From a virus, in IMG/VR virus record IMGVR_UViG_3300029268_000006, positions 1 to 64,000 of that record: a DNA stretch of 64,000 nucleotides; one strand, given 5' to 3'. The position numbers were made by a program, and so were the translations under genes. This document shows positions 18,752-29,260 of this stretch, piece after piece; positions within the stretch are counted from its first letter, which is position 1; the number at the start of each line of letters is the position of its first letter. The notes beneath the pieces are model-generated. The model searched no databases. It was not told the DNA's origin and worked only from the letters and a program-made list of their open reading frames with translations.

Positions 18752-20305
18752 ATGAATTACATAGAAATAATAAGAAAAGAAAACGGACCATCTGGTAGAA
18801 TGTATGTGGAAAAATACATAAAAAGAATTTATCCAGAATTACATTTAGAAATTATTAGTTATTGTAATGAAAAATTAAACGATATTTCATTTAAAGAAAA
18901 AGTTTATCATTATGTACATGATATTAAAGAAAAAATATTATGTTGTAATTCAAATTGTAATAACGAAGTAAAATTTAGAAATTCAACTTTGGGATATTAT
19001 AATTATTGTTCAAATAAATGTATAAGTAGTGATCAGAAAATAAAAGATATTAAAGAAAAGAAATCTTATGAAAAATTTGGAACTAAAGCACCATCAATGA
19101 ATATTGATGTTAAAAGAAAAATGATAAAAACGAATCAAGAAACATATGGTTACAATTCACCTTTACAAAATGAAAATATAAAAAGAAAATCCAAAAAAAC
19201 ATTATTTGAAAATTATAATGTTGATAATCCAAATCAATCTCGAATATTGGTAGAAAGAAGAATTAAAAGTTATAGTAAAAATATCAAGAAAAAATATTTA
19301 AATCTATATAAATCGATAGGTGTATATGATATTGATTATAAAAATAGAAAAATGTTTTTAAAATGTGAAAAGGGTCATTTTTTTGAATTGGAATTGGATT
19401 TGTTTCATAATAGAAGAAGAACAAATACATTATTATGTACTGTATGCAATCCAATAAATAAACATATATCTGGATGTGAATTGCAGTTACAAGATTTTAT
19501 AGATAAAAATTTTAATTTCTTTAAAATTTTAAATGATAGAAAAATTTTAAAGCCATATGAAATTGATATTTATTTACCGGATTTGAAACTAGGGTTTGAA
19601 TTTAACGGCCTTTTTTATCACTGTGAAAAACGAATTGAAAATAATTATCATTTAAAAAAAACTGAATTATCCGAAAAATTAGGAATAAAATTAATTCAAA
19701 TTTATGAAGATGAGTGGATATATAAACAGGAAATAGTTAAATCTTATATTTTAAATTTATTGAATAAATCACCAAATAAAATATTTACAAGAAAATGCAT
19801 TGTAAAAGAAATATCAGATAATAAATTAGTTGGTGATTTTCTTGAAAATAATCATTTACAAGGTTTTGTTGGTTCAAGAATTAAACTTGGTTTATTTTAT
19901 AATAATGAATTGGTTTCTTTGATGATTTTTAAAAAATGTAAAAACAATACTTATGAAATGCTAAGATTTTGTAATAAATTAAATACAAATATTATTGGGT
20001 CTGAAAATAAATTATTTAAATATTTCATTAAAAAATACAATCCGATTGAAGTGATTAGTTATGCTGATCGTTCATTGAGTCGAGGCGAATTATATTATAA
20101 ATTAGGATTTAAATTGATTTATAAAATAAAGCCAAATTATTATTATGTTATAAATAGAACAAGAAAATGTAGATCTCTTTATAAGAAAAATATTTTGATA
20201 AATCAAGGCTTTGATCAAAATAAAACGGAAAAAGAAATCATGTTGGACAGAAAAATATATCGTATTTATGATAGTGGAAGTTTGAAATTTATATGGAAAA
20301 AATAA
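18752..20305 (+). CDS. Homing endonuclease-like (Hef-type/Vsr-like)
   Basis: EIDIYLPDLKLGFEFNGLFYH nuclease motif, GY..YCS..C zinc motif and C-terminal FL..NHLQG domain. Confidence 0.8.
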   Translation: MNYIEIIRKENGPSGRMYVEKYIKRIYPELHLEIISYCNEKLNDISFKEKVYHYVHDIKEKILCCNSNCNNEVKFRNSTLGYYNYCSNKCISSDQKIKDIKEKKSYEKFGTKAPSMNIDVKRKMIKTNQETYGYNSPLQNENIKRKSKKTLFENYNVDNPNQSRILVERRIKSYSKNIKKKYLNLYKSIGVYDIDYKNRKMFLKCEKGHFFELELDLFHNRRRTNTLLCTVCNPINKHISGCELQLQDFIDKNFNFFKILNDRKILKPYEIDIYLPDLKLGFEFNGLFYHCEKRIENNYHLKKTELSEKLGIKLIQIYEDEWIYKQEIVKSYILNLLNKSPNKIFTRKCIVKEISDNKLVGDFLENNHLQGFVGSRIKLGLFYNNELVSLMIFKKCKNNTYEMLRFCNKLNTNIIGSENKLFKYFIKKYNPIEVISYADRSLSRGELYYKLGFKLIYKIKPNYYYVINRTRKCRSLYKKNILINQGFDQNKTEKEIMLDRKIYRIYDSGSLKFIWKK

Positions 20306-20361
20306 TAAGGAAGAAGAAAAAAGTAAATCGAAACATTTAAAGGAATGGAAAGAATTTAAAA

Positions 20362-21006
20362 ATGATATTTAATGATAATTGGACAAAATTGGATAACGAT
20401 TTTTATCGTCAATTAATTAGAGAAGGAAAATCTATTGATGATATAATTAGAATAATTGGTATGGACAAATTGAAATATCATCCGAAAGGTAGATATTTAT
20501 CCAGTTTTAGTGATTTTTTAATAAAAGAAATAAAATGTACACCGGAAGAAACTAGATTTAAAATGGAAATAAAAGATTCTGAACATTTTAAAAATGAATC
20601 TGATTTTCAATCAACATTTAAAACTAAATCTGAAACAACATATATTATTGATTTTGTTTATATGAAAGATACGATTGGACCATTTCCAAATAAAGATCTT
20701 TTTAATTTATCTTTTACTACATTATATCAACACGATTTAAATGATGAAATAATATATGAAAATCCAACAAATAAGAATGAACATATAGAATTAATGAAAC
20801 GATTAATTTATATTATTGAAAAATTTGACGTTTATATAAGACAATTAAAAAAAGAAGTTATATATTTTATAGGACAAACCAATGATACTAAAAAAATAAA
20901 TTTTTACAGAAGTGTAATTAAAGATAGTTTTGATAATGTTGAAGAAATTGAAGGTGAAAGTTCATTTAATAAATTAAAATATGGATTTTATTATAAAATA
21001 TTATAA
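20362..21006 (+). CDS. Hypothetical protein
   Basis: ORF only. Confidence 0.65.
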   Translation: MIFNDNWTKLDNDFYRQLIREGKSIDDIIRIIGMDKLKYHPKGRYLSSFSDFLIKEIKCTPEETRFKMEIKDSEHFKNESDFQSTFKTKSETTYIIDFVYMKDTIGPFPNKDLFNLSFTTLYQHDLNDEIIYENPTNKNEHIELMKRLIYIIEKFDVYIRQLKKEVIYFIGQTNDTKKINFYRSVIKDSFDNVEEIEGESSFNKLKYGFYYKIL

Positions 21007-21012
21007 TGTAAT

Positions 21013-22041
21013 TTAAACCAGCCAATGTTTTCTATAATCTTCTTTTGGTAGGATGGATATAAATTTAGGTGGTATATTTTCAAAAGTATAATAACCAAAT
21101 CTTCTAGAATCGATGTCAGAATAAAGTTTAATATCCAAATTATTTGCTAATATTTTTAGTATTTCACATTCTTGATTGGTGGTTCTTTCCAATTCTTTTT
21201 TCATCCCCCAAGCCAATTCTAATTCGTCAGTTAAATTAATTTTCGGTTTGGGTGTCAATCCTATTTTTAATATTTTATCTACATTTTTTACTGGTGTAAT
21301 ATAATATAAAATACTTGGTTTTATATCAATGTTTCTGATAGAGTCAAATATTGGTTTTAAAACAATATCATCAAATGACATTTCAAAAAATTCTTTTTTA
21401 TTAAATTTATATGGTGAATAATCAATATTTCCATGTGATATATACCAACCCAATTGATTGCATATTATAAAAATATCCTTAATATTATCACTAACGTGTT
21501 CTTTTCTACCAGCACTTATTTCTATTTCACCATTTGGAAGAATACTTATATAATAATCAGGAAATTTTCTTTTTAAAATTTTAACGGTTTTTTTTGTTGA
21601 GAAAGTAGATATTAAACCTTCTTCTATAAAAATATCTTTATATTCTTTGTAAGCTATTTTTTCAGCCAATTCCATAGTTAATTTTTTCCATATATTTCCT
21701 ATTTTAATTTGGAAATCACCGATAATTGGTTTTTTACTATACCAATCGGAATCAGATTCATCATCAAATATTAATTTATTTGAATCTATTTGAATTCTTA
21801 AAATTACGGAAAAAGATGGATAATTAATCATTTTACTATACATTATAGCATTAGATAATGCATCTGTTACAAAAATTTTCCCTTTACTCCATTTACCTAA
21901 TTCATCACTCCAGTTTGTTTTTCTATCTATATTTGGTGTTAAACCGAATTTTACAATTTCTGGTAAATATTCGGGTTTAGTTGCGTGATAAAATATTCTT
22001 TTGTTTTCACTTTGTTCAAATATTTGAAATTTCGTTATCAT
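21013..22041 (-). CDS. Putative ADP-ribosyltransferase-fold protein (two YHxT...I...GLxP modules)
   Basis: FYHATKPEYLPEIVKFGLTP and LYYITPVKNVDKILKIGLTP; N-terminus MITKFQIFE. Confidence 0.5.
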   Translation of the reverse strand: MITKFQIFEQSENKRIFYHATKPEYLPEIVKFGLTPNIDRKTNWSDELGKWSKGKIFVTDALSNAIMYSKMINYPSFSVILRIQIDSNKLIFDDESDSDWYSKKPIIGDFQIKIGNIWKKLTMELAEKIAYKEYKDIFIEEGLISTFSTKKTVKILKRKFPDYYISILPNGEIEISAGRKEHVSDNIKDIFIICNQLGWYISHGNIDYSPYKFNKKEFFEMSFDDIVLKPIFDSIRNIDIKPSILYYITPVKNVDKILKIGLTPKPKINLTDELELAWGMKKELERTTNQECEILKILANNLDIKLYSDIDSRRFGYYTFENIPPKFISILPKEDYRKHWLV

Positions 22042-22081
22042 TTATTTATATATAATTTTATTGAAATGAAAAATATTAAAT

Positions 22082-22723
22082 ATGAAAACATTTGAACAAT
22101 TTATAAATGATGATAAATTTTCGATAATTAGTTTTACCAATGATAAAAAATTTATCAATAAAGATATATTTGAATTGGATGTTTGTAAAGATTATTTTTA
22201 TAAAAATGAAAGTGTTTTTAATATAATAAAGGATAATACAAACAAAAAAACATACTTTGTTATTGTTGTTTTAAAAAATACAAAACAAGTTGTTGGTTAT
22301 TTCTGGAAATCTGAATATAAAGAACAATCGGAATATTTCAATAAATTTATGGGTAGATATGAAACTGATGAAAATTATAGAAAACAGGGTATTAGTAAAT
22401 TATTCACAAAACAAATGTTATTTTTCTTGAAAAAAATGTATGGTACAGTATTTTTTACTAATTTGAAATCATTAAAGACACAAATAAGTAGTGGTGCTAA
22501 AATAATTGATTCAGATAATCATTATCAACCAGATTTTTATTTTATTGTTGGTGATAAAAAAATTAAATTTGATAATTATAAAGAAGTGACAAATATGTTA
22601 AAAAACAACGAATTAAAAAATATCATTTTGGAATGTAATGGTAAAAAATATCAAAATATTCATGATAATTGGAATGAAATAAAAATTCCAATTGATGGAA
22701 AATATGTATTATTGATACAATAA
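22082..22723 (+). CDS. GNAT-family acetyltransferase-like
   Basis: ETDENYRKQGISK acetyl-CoA-binding motif; N-terminus MKTFEQFIN. Confidence 0.6.
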   Translation: MKTFEQFINDDKFSIISFTNDKKFINKDIFELDVCKDYFYKNESVFNIIKDNTNKKTYFVIVVLKNTKQVVGYFWKSEYKEQSEYFNKFMGRYETDENYRKQGISKLFTKQMLFFLKKMYGTVFFTNLKSLKTQISSGAKIIDSDNHYQPDFYFIVGDKKIKFDNYKEVTNMLKNNELKNIILECNGKKYQNIHDNWNEIKIPIDGKYVLLIQ

Positions 22724-22727
22724 AATT

Positions 22728-23018
22728 ATGAAAACATTTGAACAATTTATAAATGAATCTTTGAAAGGGGGAGATTTACCAGTTATACAAAAATGGTTAA
22801 AAGATAATGGGTTTGAATTGGCCAATTATGATTTGGATAATCCAACAAATATTGCCGGGAATCCACTTGTTAGGGATGGTTTAGATGGTATAAGGGCATC
22901 ATATCACAAAAGAAGAGATGAATTAAATATATGGTTTACCAATTTATATCAAGATTCAAATAATGAAACAAGACAAAAGGTTGAAAATTTTTTATTGGGT
23001 TTAAAAAATAATATATAA
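22728..23018 (+). CDS. Putative internal head protein
   Basis: N-terminus MKTFEQFINE. Confidence 0.6.
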   Translation: MKTFEQFINESLKGGDLPVIQKWLKDNGFELANYDLDNPTNIAGNPLVRDGLDGIRASYHKRRDELNIWFTNLYQDSNNETRQKVENFLLGLKNNI

Positions 23019-23071
23019 TGAAATAAAAAGATTTATTCTCACAATTGGAATGAAATAAAAATAAATAAATT

Positions 23072-23287
23072 ATGAAACATTTAAACGAATTTAAATTAAA
23101 CGAAATGAACGATGATAAATTTTATAATGTTTGGAAAACATTATCCGCAATTTGTAACGGAAAAAATTCAAAAGGTCAATCATATTTATCTGATTCTTGG
23201 AATGAAAGTGGTGAAAAAGATCCAGAACTTATGAAAAAATTAAGAAATTTAAAATTTTATTTGAATCAACTTGAAGATTTAGGATGA
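23072..23287 (+). CDS. Putative internal head protein
   Basis: N-terminus MKHLNEFKLNE. Confidence 0.55.
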   Translation: MKHLNEFKLNEMNDDKFYNVWKTLSAICNGKNSKGQSYLSDSWNESGEKDPELMKKLRNLKFYLNQLEDLG

Positions 23288-23298
23288 AACGAACCAAT

Positions 23299-23395
23299 AT
23301 TAATATATAATATTAGAAACTGAAAAAACCAGTTTTAAAGATTAATATATAATATTAGAAACTGAAAAAAACCAGTTTTAAAAATTAATATATAA
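23299..23395 (+). repeat. Tandem 42/43-nt repeats giving three TAATATATA motifs upstream of the tail tube gene
   Basis: ATTAATATATAATATTAGAAACTGAAAAAA(A)CCAGTTTTAAA x2, then ATTAATATATAA. Confidence 0.9.
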
Positions 23396-23416
23396 TTAAA
23401 AAATAAGATAAATAAT

Positions 23417-23992
23417 ATGCCATTAGCACATTTTACAAACATCGAAACTGCAATGAATTTACATGAACCGATTTACAAAAATTTGTTTGAAGTTCGTATT
23501 AAATTGCCGACAGCTCTTACTGCAAATAACCCACCTGATATAGCTACAAAATTATTAATGGAAAATGCTATTAAAGTGAGTTTACCAATTTATCCGGATT
23601 TGGCTGTTCAAACCCAGAGATTTAAATATTCAACACGTTTATATCCAACAACACCAGAAGAAACATCTCTTAAAGCACAAGAAATCCAATTCAACTTAAA
23701 TCAAGATAAAACATCAAATTCTGTTTTTGTTTTTAGAATGTTGAAGGATTGGTACGATTTAGTATGGAATAATGAAACTGGACAATTATCTTATAAGAGA
23801 AATCTTATGTCACCAATGGTGACAATTGATGTCCATGATAGAGAAGGTCGTGTTATTAGACGTGTTAATTGGATAAATGTTTGGATTGTTAATTTTACAG
23901 GTTTTGAAGATTTTGATTGGTCAACTGGTGATATTCAAAATCCGTTGACAGCAAAGTTCGCTGTTGATTATTGGAACGACTTATACTATTGA
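23417..23992 (+). CDS. gp19: Tail tube protein
   Basis: EPIYKNLFEV...LKDWYDLVWN..TG....KR...DVHDREG...W...F.VDYW; size and position downstream of sheath. Confidence 0.85.
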   Translation: MPLAHFTNIETAMNLHEPIYKNLFEVRIKLPTALTANNPPDIATKLLMENAIKVSLPIYPDLAVQTQRFKYSTRLYPTTPEETSLKAQEIQFNLNQDKTSNSVFVFRMLKDWYDLVWNNETGQLSYKRNLMSPMVTIDVHDREGRVIRRVNWINVWIVNFTGFEDFDWSTGDIQNPLTAKFAVDYWNDLYY

Positions 23993-24092
23993 TAAGTTGA
24001 TTATAAAAAAAATGATTAAAAAATTCACAAAAATTTTGTGAATTTTTTTTTTATTTATTTCGTGGTTGATTATTTAAAAATAAATTAAAATT

Positions 24093-25013
24093 ATGAATAC
24101 GAAATTATGTAGAATATGTGGAAAAATTAAAAACAACAATGAATTTAGAATAGACAATTTAATGAAAGATGGTTATCGAAATGAATGTAAAAAATGTTCA
24201 AATGAAATATATTATAATGGTGAGAGAAGAAGAGAATTGAATCTCGAAAAAGATATAAAAAATGAAGGAAGTAAAAAATGTAGAATTTGTGATGAATCAA
24301 AAGATATAAATGAATTTCATTTAAAAAGAGGAACAAAGGACGGACATCGTAGTGAGTGTAAAGATTGTGTTAAAAATTTTTTTAAAAAATATAAAGAAGT
24401 TCCAGATTTTAAAGAAAAACAAAAAGAATATGATAAAGAAAGATATCAAAAATTGAAAGACGAAACTATTGATAGAATGAAACAATATAGAATTGATAAT
24501 AAAGAAGAAGTTAATAAAAAGGCGAGAGAAAAAAGAAAATTACCACGTGTTAAACAAAGATATACTGAATATAATAAAAAATATATGTTTGAACACAAAG
24601 AAGAATTAAAAGAATATAGAAATAAAAATAAAAAAATGTTGGCTGAAATACAAAGTAGATATAGAGAAAATAATCCACATGTTATAGCTTGGAGATCTAT
24701 TCTTCATTCTACATTAGATAGACTAGAAACTAAAAAAGAAGGACATACTATTGATTTATTGGGTTATTCAGCATTAGAATTGAAAGAGCATTTAGAAAAC
24801 AAATTTACAAATGGTATGTGTTGGGATAATTATGGTGAGTGGCATATAGATCATCATATTCCGGTTGTATCTTTTTCAAAAGATACTGATGTTAAAATAG
24901 TTTGTGCTTTATCCAATTTAAAACCGATGTGGTCAACTACAAGAATTATTGATGGAATTCTTTATGAGGGTAATTTGAATAAAGGAGATAAGATTCCTGA
25001 TATAATTTTTTAG
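24093..25013 (+). CDS. HNH homing endonuclease with zinc-finger repeats
   Basis: CRIC...DG.R.ECK.C x2; WDNYGEWHIDHHIP...CALSNLKPMW. Confidence 0.85.
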   Translation: MNTKLCRICGKIKNNNEFRIDNLMKDGYRNECKKCSNEIYYNGERRRELNLEKDIKNEGSKKCRICDESKDINEFHLKRGTKDGHRSECKDCVKNFFKKYKEVPDFKEKQKEYDKERYQKLKDETIDRMKQYRIDNKEEVNKKAREKRKLPRVKQRYTEYNKKYMFEHKEELKEYRNKNKKMLAEIQSRYRENNPHVIAWRSILHSTLDRLETKKEGHTIDLLGYSALELKEHLENKFTNGMCWDNYGEWHIDHHIPVVSFSKDTDVKIVCALSNLKPMWSTTRIIDGILYEGNLNKGDKIPDIIF

Positions 25014-25051
25014 AGACCCGGCTATCTGTAATATATAAAAATAAAAACAAT

Positions 25052-25477
25052 ATGCCGTTAGCACATTTTGGTACTTATAAATTAAATGAAGATTTTTATA
25101 AATTATCTGGTAGAACCGAAGGTTGGGAACCAGTTTGGAATAATTTGGCACAAATAAATTTTACACCAGTTTATTTAAATGATAAATTATCTTATCAATT
25201 ATTTAGAATTGAAGAAGATGTAATGTTTTTTAATTTAAATTGGGATATAGACAAAAAAGAAGTTATTCCATTAAAAACAATTGTAGATTGGTTGAATAAA
25301 CCATTACAAGCTGAAGTTGTTTTTCACGATGTTGAAAATGTTATTATGTATAAAGTAGAATTGATTAATTTGATGTTTATTGAAATATTAGAACCTTTTT
25401 ATTTTAATTGGGAAGATCACTCAATAAAACAATTGGTTGTTAAATTTAAATATGATTCAGTAAAAATAATAGTTTAA
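25052..25477 (+). CDS. Diverged tail tube paralogue
   Basis: Starts MPLAHF like the tube; EPVWNNL aligns with EPIYKNL; C-terminal F.W......L.VKFKYD. Confidence 0.6.
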   Translation: MPLAHFGTYKLNEDFYKLSGRTEGWEPVWNNLAQINFTPVYLNDKLSYQLFRIEEDVMFFNLNWDIDKKEVIPLKTIVDWLNKPLQAEVVFHDVENVIMYKVELINLMFIEILEPFYFNWEDHSIKQLVVKFKYDSVKIIV

Positions 25478-26203
25478 GTGATTTATAAAAAAATTGAAGA
25501 TTTTGAAAGTGCAATATGTGAGGGATTGATTCATACTCATAATATAGAATCTTCAGTACATATGTTAAGTAATTGGTATGAAGTTATGACGAAATATTTT
25601 CACATTGATATTTTAGATAATGATACTTTTAAAATTATAATAAAAGATATTATTACAACAAGTTTATTTAAAGTTTTGATAAGAGATATAAATAATTTGG
25701 GTTATTTTTCATCTTTAATATATTTAGAAAATGATGGTAATATGATTAATCGTTTTGAATATAATTACGATAAAATTAATAATATCATAATGAGTAAAAA
25801 CATAATTGGAATTGAAATTATATGTGAAAAAAAATTTGATGATGAAATAAAAATATTAAATAAATTGTATCATGTTTGTAGAAAACAAAGTATAGAAAAA
25901 ATATTAAAAAATGGGTTATGTCCAAAATCAAAAAAAAGAATTAGTAATCATCCAGAAAGAATTTATTTTTGCTTAGATATACAAAGTTGTGAGGATTTAA
26001 TAAATAGATTCGAAATGAATGATACAATTAAAAAATTACCAGAACAAAAATATAAAATTTTGGAAATAGATATACCAAAATTGAAATCAGATTATTTTGA
26101 AATAAATAAAGAAATTATATTTAGAAAAGATCCAAATATGAATAAAAATGGAATTTATACTTATGATAATATTCCAAAGGAATATGTAAAAATAAATAAA
26201 TAA
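25478..26203 (+). CDS. ART-fold-like protein, paralogue of the C-half of 21013..22041
   Basis: EGLI.T and LYHVCRKQSIEKILKNGLCPK...PERIYF. Confidence 0.5.
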   Translation: MIYKKIEDFESAICEGLIHTHNIESSVHMLSNWYEVMTKYFHIDILDNDTFKIIIKDIITTSLFKVLIRDINNLGYFSSLIYLENDGNMINRFEYNYDKINNIIMSKNIIGIEIICEKKFDDEIKILNKLYHVCRKQSIEKILKNGLCPKSKKRISNHPERIYFCLDIQSCEDLINRFEMNDTIKKLPEQKYKILEIDIPKLKSDYFEINKEIIFRKDPNMNKNGIYTYDNIPKEYVKINK

Positions 26204-26208
26204 AAATT

Positions 26209-27156
26209 ATGACAGAAGAAAAAATTAAACAAGAAGATCCTTTAACAAAGTATTTACAACAAGAAACAACAACAAAAACGGAATCAGTTCCAATCGATTC
26301 GGTTGATTACGAAATGTCAAATGAGAATTTATTAGATTATTTGACTGTTGATTTAAACGCTTTACCAGCTGGAGTGTTTTACAAGCCCGGAACTAAAATT
26401 ATGATAAGAGCGGCAAGTGTTTCTGAAGTTCAGGCGTATTCTGCGATTGTAAATGAAAATTTAGTGGATGTTACAGAAAAAATGAATGAAATGTTATCAC
26501 GTTGTATTCGTATTAAATTTCCAAATGGGTTATTGGGATCATATAAAGATTTAAGGGATAATGATAGAATTTTTTTAATTTTTATGGTTAGAGAATTAAC
26601 ATTTCAAAAAAATGTAAATTTAGCAAAAGATGTTAAATGTGGTGAATGTGATCACGAATTTAAAATTCAATATCGTGCAACACCAAATAAAGAATATCCA
26701 AAAACATTTGTTAATCATGAAACTAATAATGATTTAAAACAATTTTTTAATACAAATGAAAGAGTTTTTGAATTTAATGTTAATGGAAAAATATGGAAAA
26801 TAGCACCACCGACAATTAGTTTACAGGAAGCGTTTTTTAAATCAATAAAAGACTCAGTTCAAAACGGAAAAACACCAAATGTTTCTTTTATGAAAATCAT
26901 TCCATATACTTTAACACATTTAAGAACAATATCAGAAGATGGAATTAAAGCGAAGGAAGAAGAATTTAAGAAGATGGATATGGAAGAGTTTCAATTTTTA
27001 AATCAAGCTGTTGAAAAATTACAATTTGGTATTAAAGAATTAGAAACAAAATGTCCATCGTGTGGGTTGGAGGTCCACACCGAATTTACGTTTCCCGAAG
27101 GAGCCTCAAGTATTTTCGTTATTCCAAGTATCTTTGACAAGTTTACGAAAAAATAA
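26209..27156 (+). CDS. Baseplate hub assembly protein (gp26-like)
   Basis: LPAGVFY...IRAASVSE...DRIFLIFMVRELT; CGEC and CPSC pairs; context after the tube genes. Confidence 0.7.
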   Translation: MTEEKIKQEDPLTKYLQQETTTKTESVPIDSVDYEMSNENLLDYLTVDLNALPAGVFYKPGTKIMIRAASVSEVQAYSAIVNENLVDVTEKMNEMLSRCIRIKFPNGLLGSYKDLRDNDRIFLIFMVRELTFQKNVNLAKDVKCGECDHEFKIQYRATPNKEYPKTFVNHETNNDLKQFFNTNERVFEFNVNGKIWKIAPPTISLQEAFFKSIKDSVQNGKTPNVSFMKIIPYTLTHLRTISEDGIKAKEEEFKKMDMEEFQFLNQAVEKLQFGIKELETKCPSCGLEVHTEFTFPEGASSIFVIPSIFDKFTKK

Positions 27157-27382
27157 ATTTGAATTCATGTATCAAATGAGACAACCAACATCTGTTGTTG
27201 ATAGTTGGCCTTATTATGAATTTGAAGATTATATAAATTTATTAAATGAAAGACACGAAGAAGAGAAAAAACATAGAGATAAACAGGAAACAGAACAAGG
27301 AAAAGGTGTTCCAAATTTTGGAAACTTATCCAATTTGACAAAATCTTTTAATCCTAGTAGTTTTAAACTTCCAAAATTCTAA
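27134..27382 (+). CDS. Small baseplate hub chaperone (gp51-like)
   Basis: KNKFEFMYQ...VDSWPYYEFEDYINLL overlapping the end of the hub gene. Start is TTG 27134 or ATG 27167. Confidence 0.55.
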   Translation: MTSLRKNKFEFMYQMRQPTSVVDSWPYYEFEDYINLLNERHEEEKKHRDKQETEQGKGVPNFGNLSNLTKSFNPSSFKLPKF

Positions 27383-27394
27383 AATGATTATGAA

Positions 27395-28282
27395 ATGATG
27401 ATTAAGAATTTAAAATATTTGAAAAAATTTGAAAATTTTCAAGAAAAATCTGTTCCGATTTTGTTGAAAAAAATTTCATTGATTATAAGAAAAGATATTG
27501 TTGATAGTGGTAATAAATCTTTTAAAAAATCATATTCAATAGATGGTATTGATTTTATTATAATTGTAAATTATAAGTTTGGTGAACATCAACCATATTA
27601 TTCAAATGTTAATATTTATAGTATATTATCAGATCCCGAAAAATATATTGAAATACCGATTAATGTGGTTGATAATGATATAAATATTGATTATTTAATG
27701 TCAATTATTTTACACGAATTAAGACATATATATGATATTTATACTGTGGTGGATGATATTGAAATGAATGAATTTTTAAAAATTTATGGATTTGATAAAT
27801 TTAAAGGAACTGATTTTTCTTATTTTACAAATTTAATATATTTATCATTAGAACACGAACTTATTGCACGTCATAATATGTTATATGAATTATTTAGATG
27901 GATTAATATTACAGATAAATTATATGAGATATTTAAAAAATCTTACACTTATGTTGCATTAAATAATTTTAATCATGTAAAATTTATAAATATGTATAAT
28001 TTTTCACAATTACTTATTTTCACCGAAAATTTTATAAATCATATAAAAGGTGATGAAATAATAAATAATGAAAATGATTTGATTTTATATTATAAAAAAT
28101 GGGAAGAATTTTTTATAAATAAATCAAACGAATTTATGATATATGTAGATGAATTATTAAATGATGTTATTGATGATGTTGTTAATGATAAAGTTTATGA
28201 AAGATTATGTGGTTATGTTTCATATAATGAAGATATTAATAATAAAGTTTCATTAAAAATGTTTGAAAAAATGATAAAATAA
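27395..28282 (+). CDS. HExxH zinc metallopeptidase-like protein
   Basis: ILHELRHIYD with downstream EHELIAR; N-terminus LKYLKKFENF. Confidence 0.55.
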   Translation: MMIKNLKYLKKFENFQEKSVPILLKKISLIIRKDIVDSGNKSFKKSYSIDGIDFIIIVNYKFGEHQPYYSNVNIYSILSDPEKYIEIPINVVDNDINIDYLMSIILHELRHIYDIYTVVDDIEMNEFLKIYGFDKFKGTDFSYFTNLIYLSLEHELIARHNMLYELFRWINITDKLYEIFKKSYTYVALNNFNHVKFINMYNFSQLLIFTENFINHIKGDEIINNENDLILYYKKWEEFFINKSNEFMIYVDELLNDVIDDVVNDKVYERLCGYVSYNEDINNKVSLKMFEKMIK

Positions 28283-28330
28283 AAATGAATATCATTTTTT
28301 AATATATAATGGAAATATAAATGATATTAA

Positions 28331-29197
28331 ATGAATAAGAAGATAGTTTTCTTTGATTTGGACGGTTCTTTGTGGAATAATGATAACGATATATGGATCA
28401 TAGACAAAGAACGTCCTAGCAAACCTGTGGTGGTTTTAAACCCAATTGAATTTGCATTAATTAAAAGGGGACATTATAAGAAAGATAATATTGTTTTGGA
28501 TTATAATGGTCAATGTTTTTATATTAGTGAAGAATTATCAAAACGTATCCAGAAAAAAGTCAAAACAGAAAATATGGAACGTTTTGGTATATCTTTAATG
28601 CCATTTGTTAGTAAAGAATTGCTTAATAAATCAAAAATTGAATTTCTATTAAAAAATATAGAACATTTAAGATTTGATAAATTTGTTGATATTGGAATAT
28701 TAACAGCAAGATCCAATCAAAGAACCAGTTCAGATCAATTAAACAAATTAAGATTGGAATTAAAAAACATAAATATTGATTTGAAAAAAATTTATTTTGT
28801 TGGTACTAGTGTTAATACCGGACAAAATTACATGAATAAAATAAATATTTTACTTGAACATTTAATTGGTTTTAAAATTAAAACAGGTAAATTTGTATCA
28901 TTGAAACAAGATTGGTATCCCAATGTTAGTTTTTATGATGATGATACCCAAAACATTTTTTATGCAAATGATATTCAAAAATTCTTCGAAGAAATAATAA
29001 GAAAAACTGATGATGAAATGTTACATCTGATAATGGAAAGATTAGATACAGTTAAAATTCAACTGGATAATTATTTAGTAACTTCAAACGATATAAATAG
29101 ATTTGTTAAATCAACAGTAATATTACAAAAACCAATGAGATTTCCTATAAGAGAAAGAATGAAATATATTAAGGATTTTAAAGGTTTTAAATTGTGA
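28331..29197 (+). CDS. HAD-superfamily phosphatase-like
   Basis: VFFDLDGSLW (motif I), ILTAR (II) and FYDDD (IV). Confidence 0.7.
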   Translation: MNKKIVFFDLDGSLWNNDNDIWIIDKERPSKPVVVLNPIEFALIKRGHYKKDNIVLDYNGQCFYISEELSKRIQKKVKTENMERFGISLMPFVSKELLNKSKIEFLLKNIEHLRFDKFVDIGILTARSNQRTSSDQLNKLRLELKNINIDLKKIYFVGTSVNTGQNYMNKINILLEHLIGFKIKTGKFVSLKQDWYPNVSFYDDDTQNIFYANDIQKFFEEIIRKTDDEMLHLIMERLDTVKIQLDNYLVTSNDINRFVKSTVILQKPMRFPIRERMKYIKDFKGFKL

Positions 29198-29260
29198 ATT
29201 CAAAAGAAATCTACGACATCTTTAGTAAATGAATTTTGATGAAATGGTCTTTAAATAATT

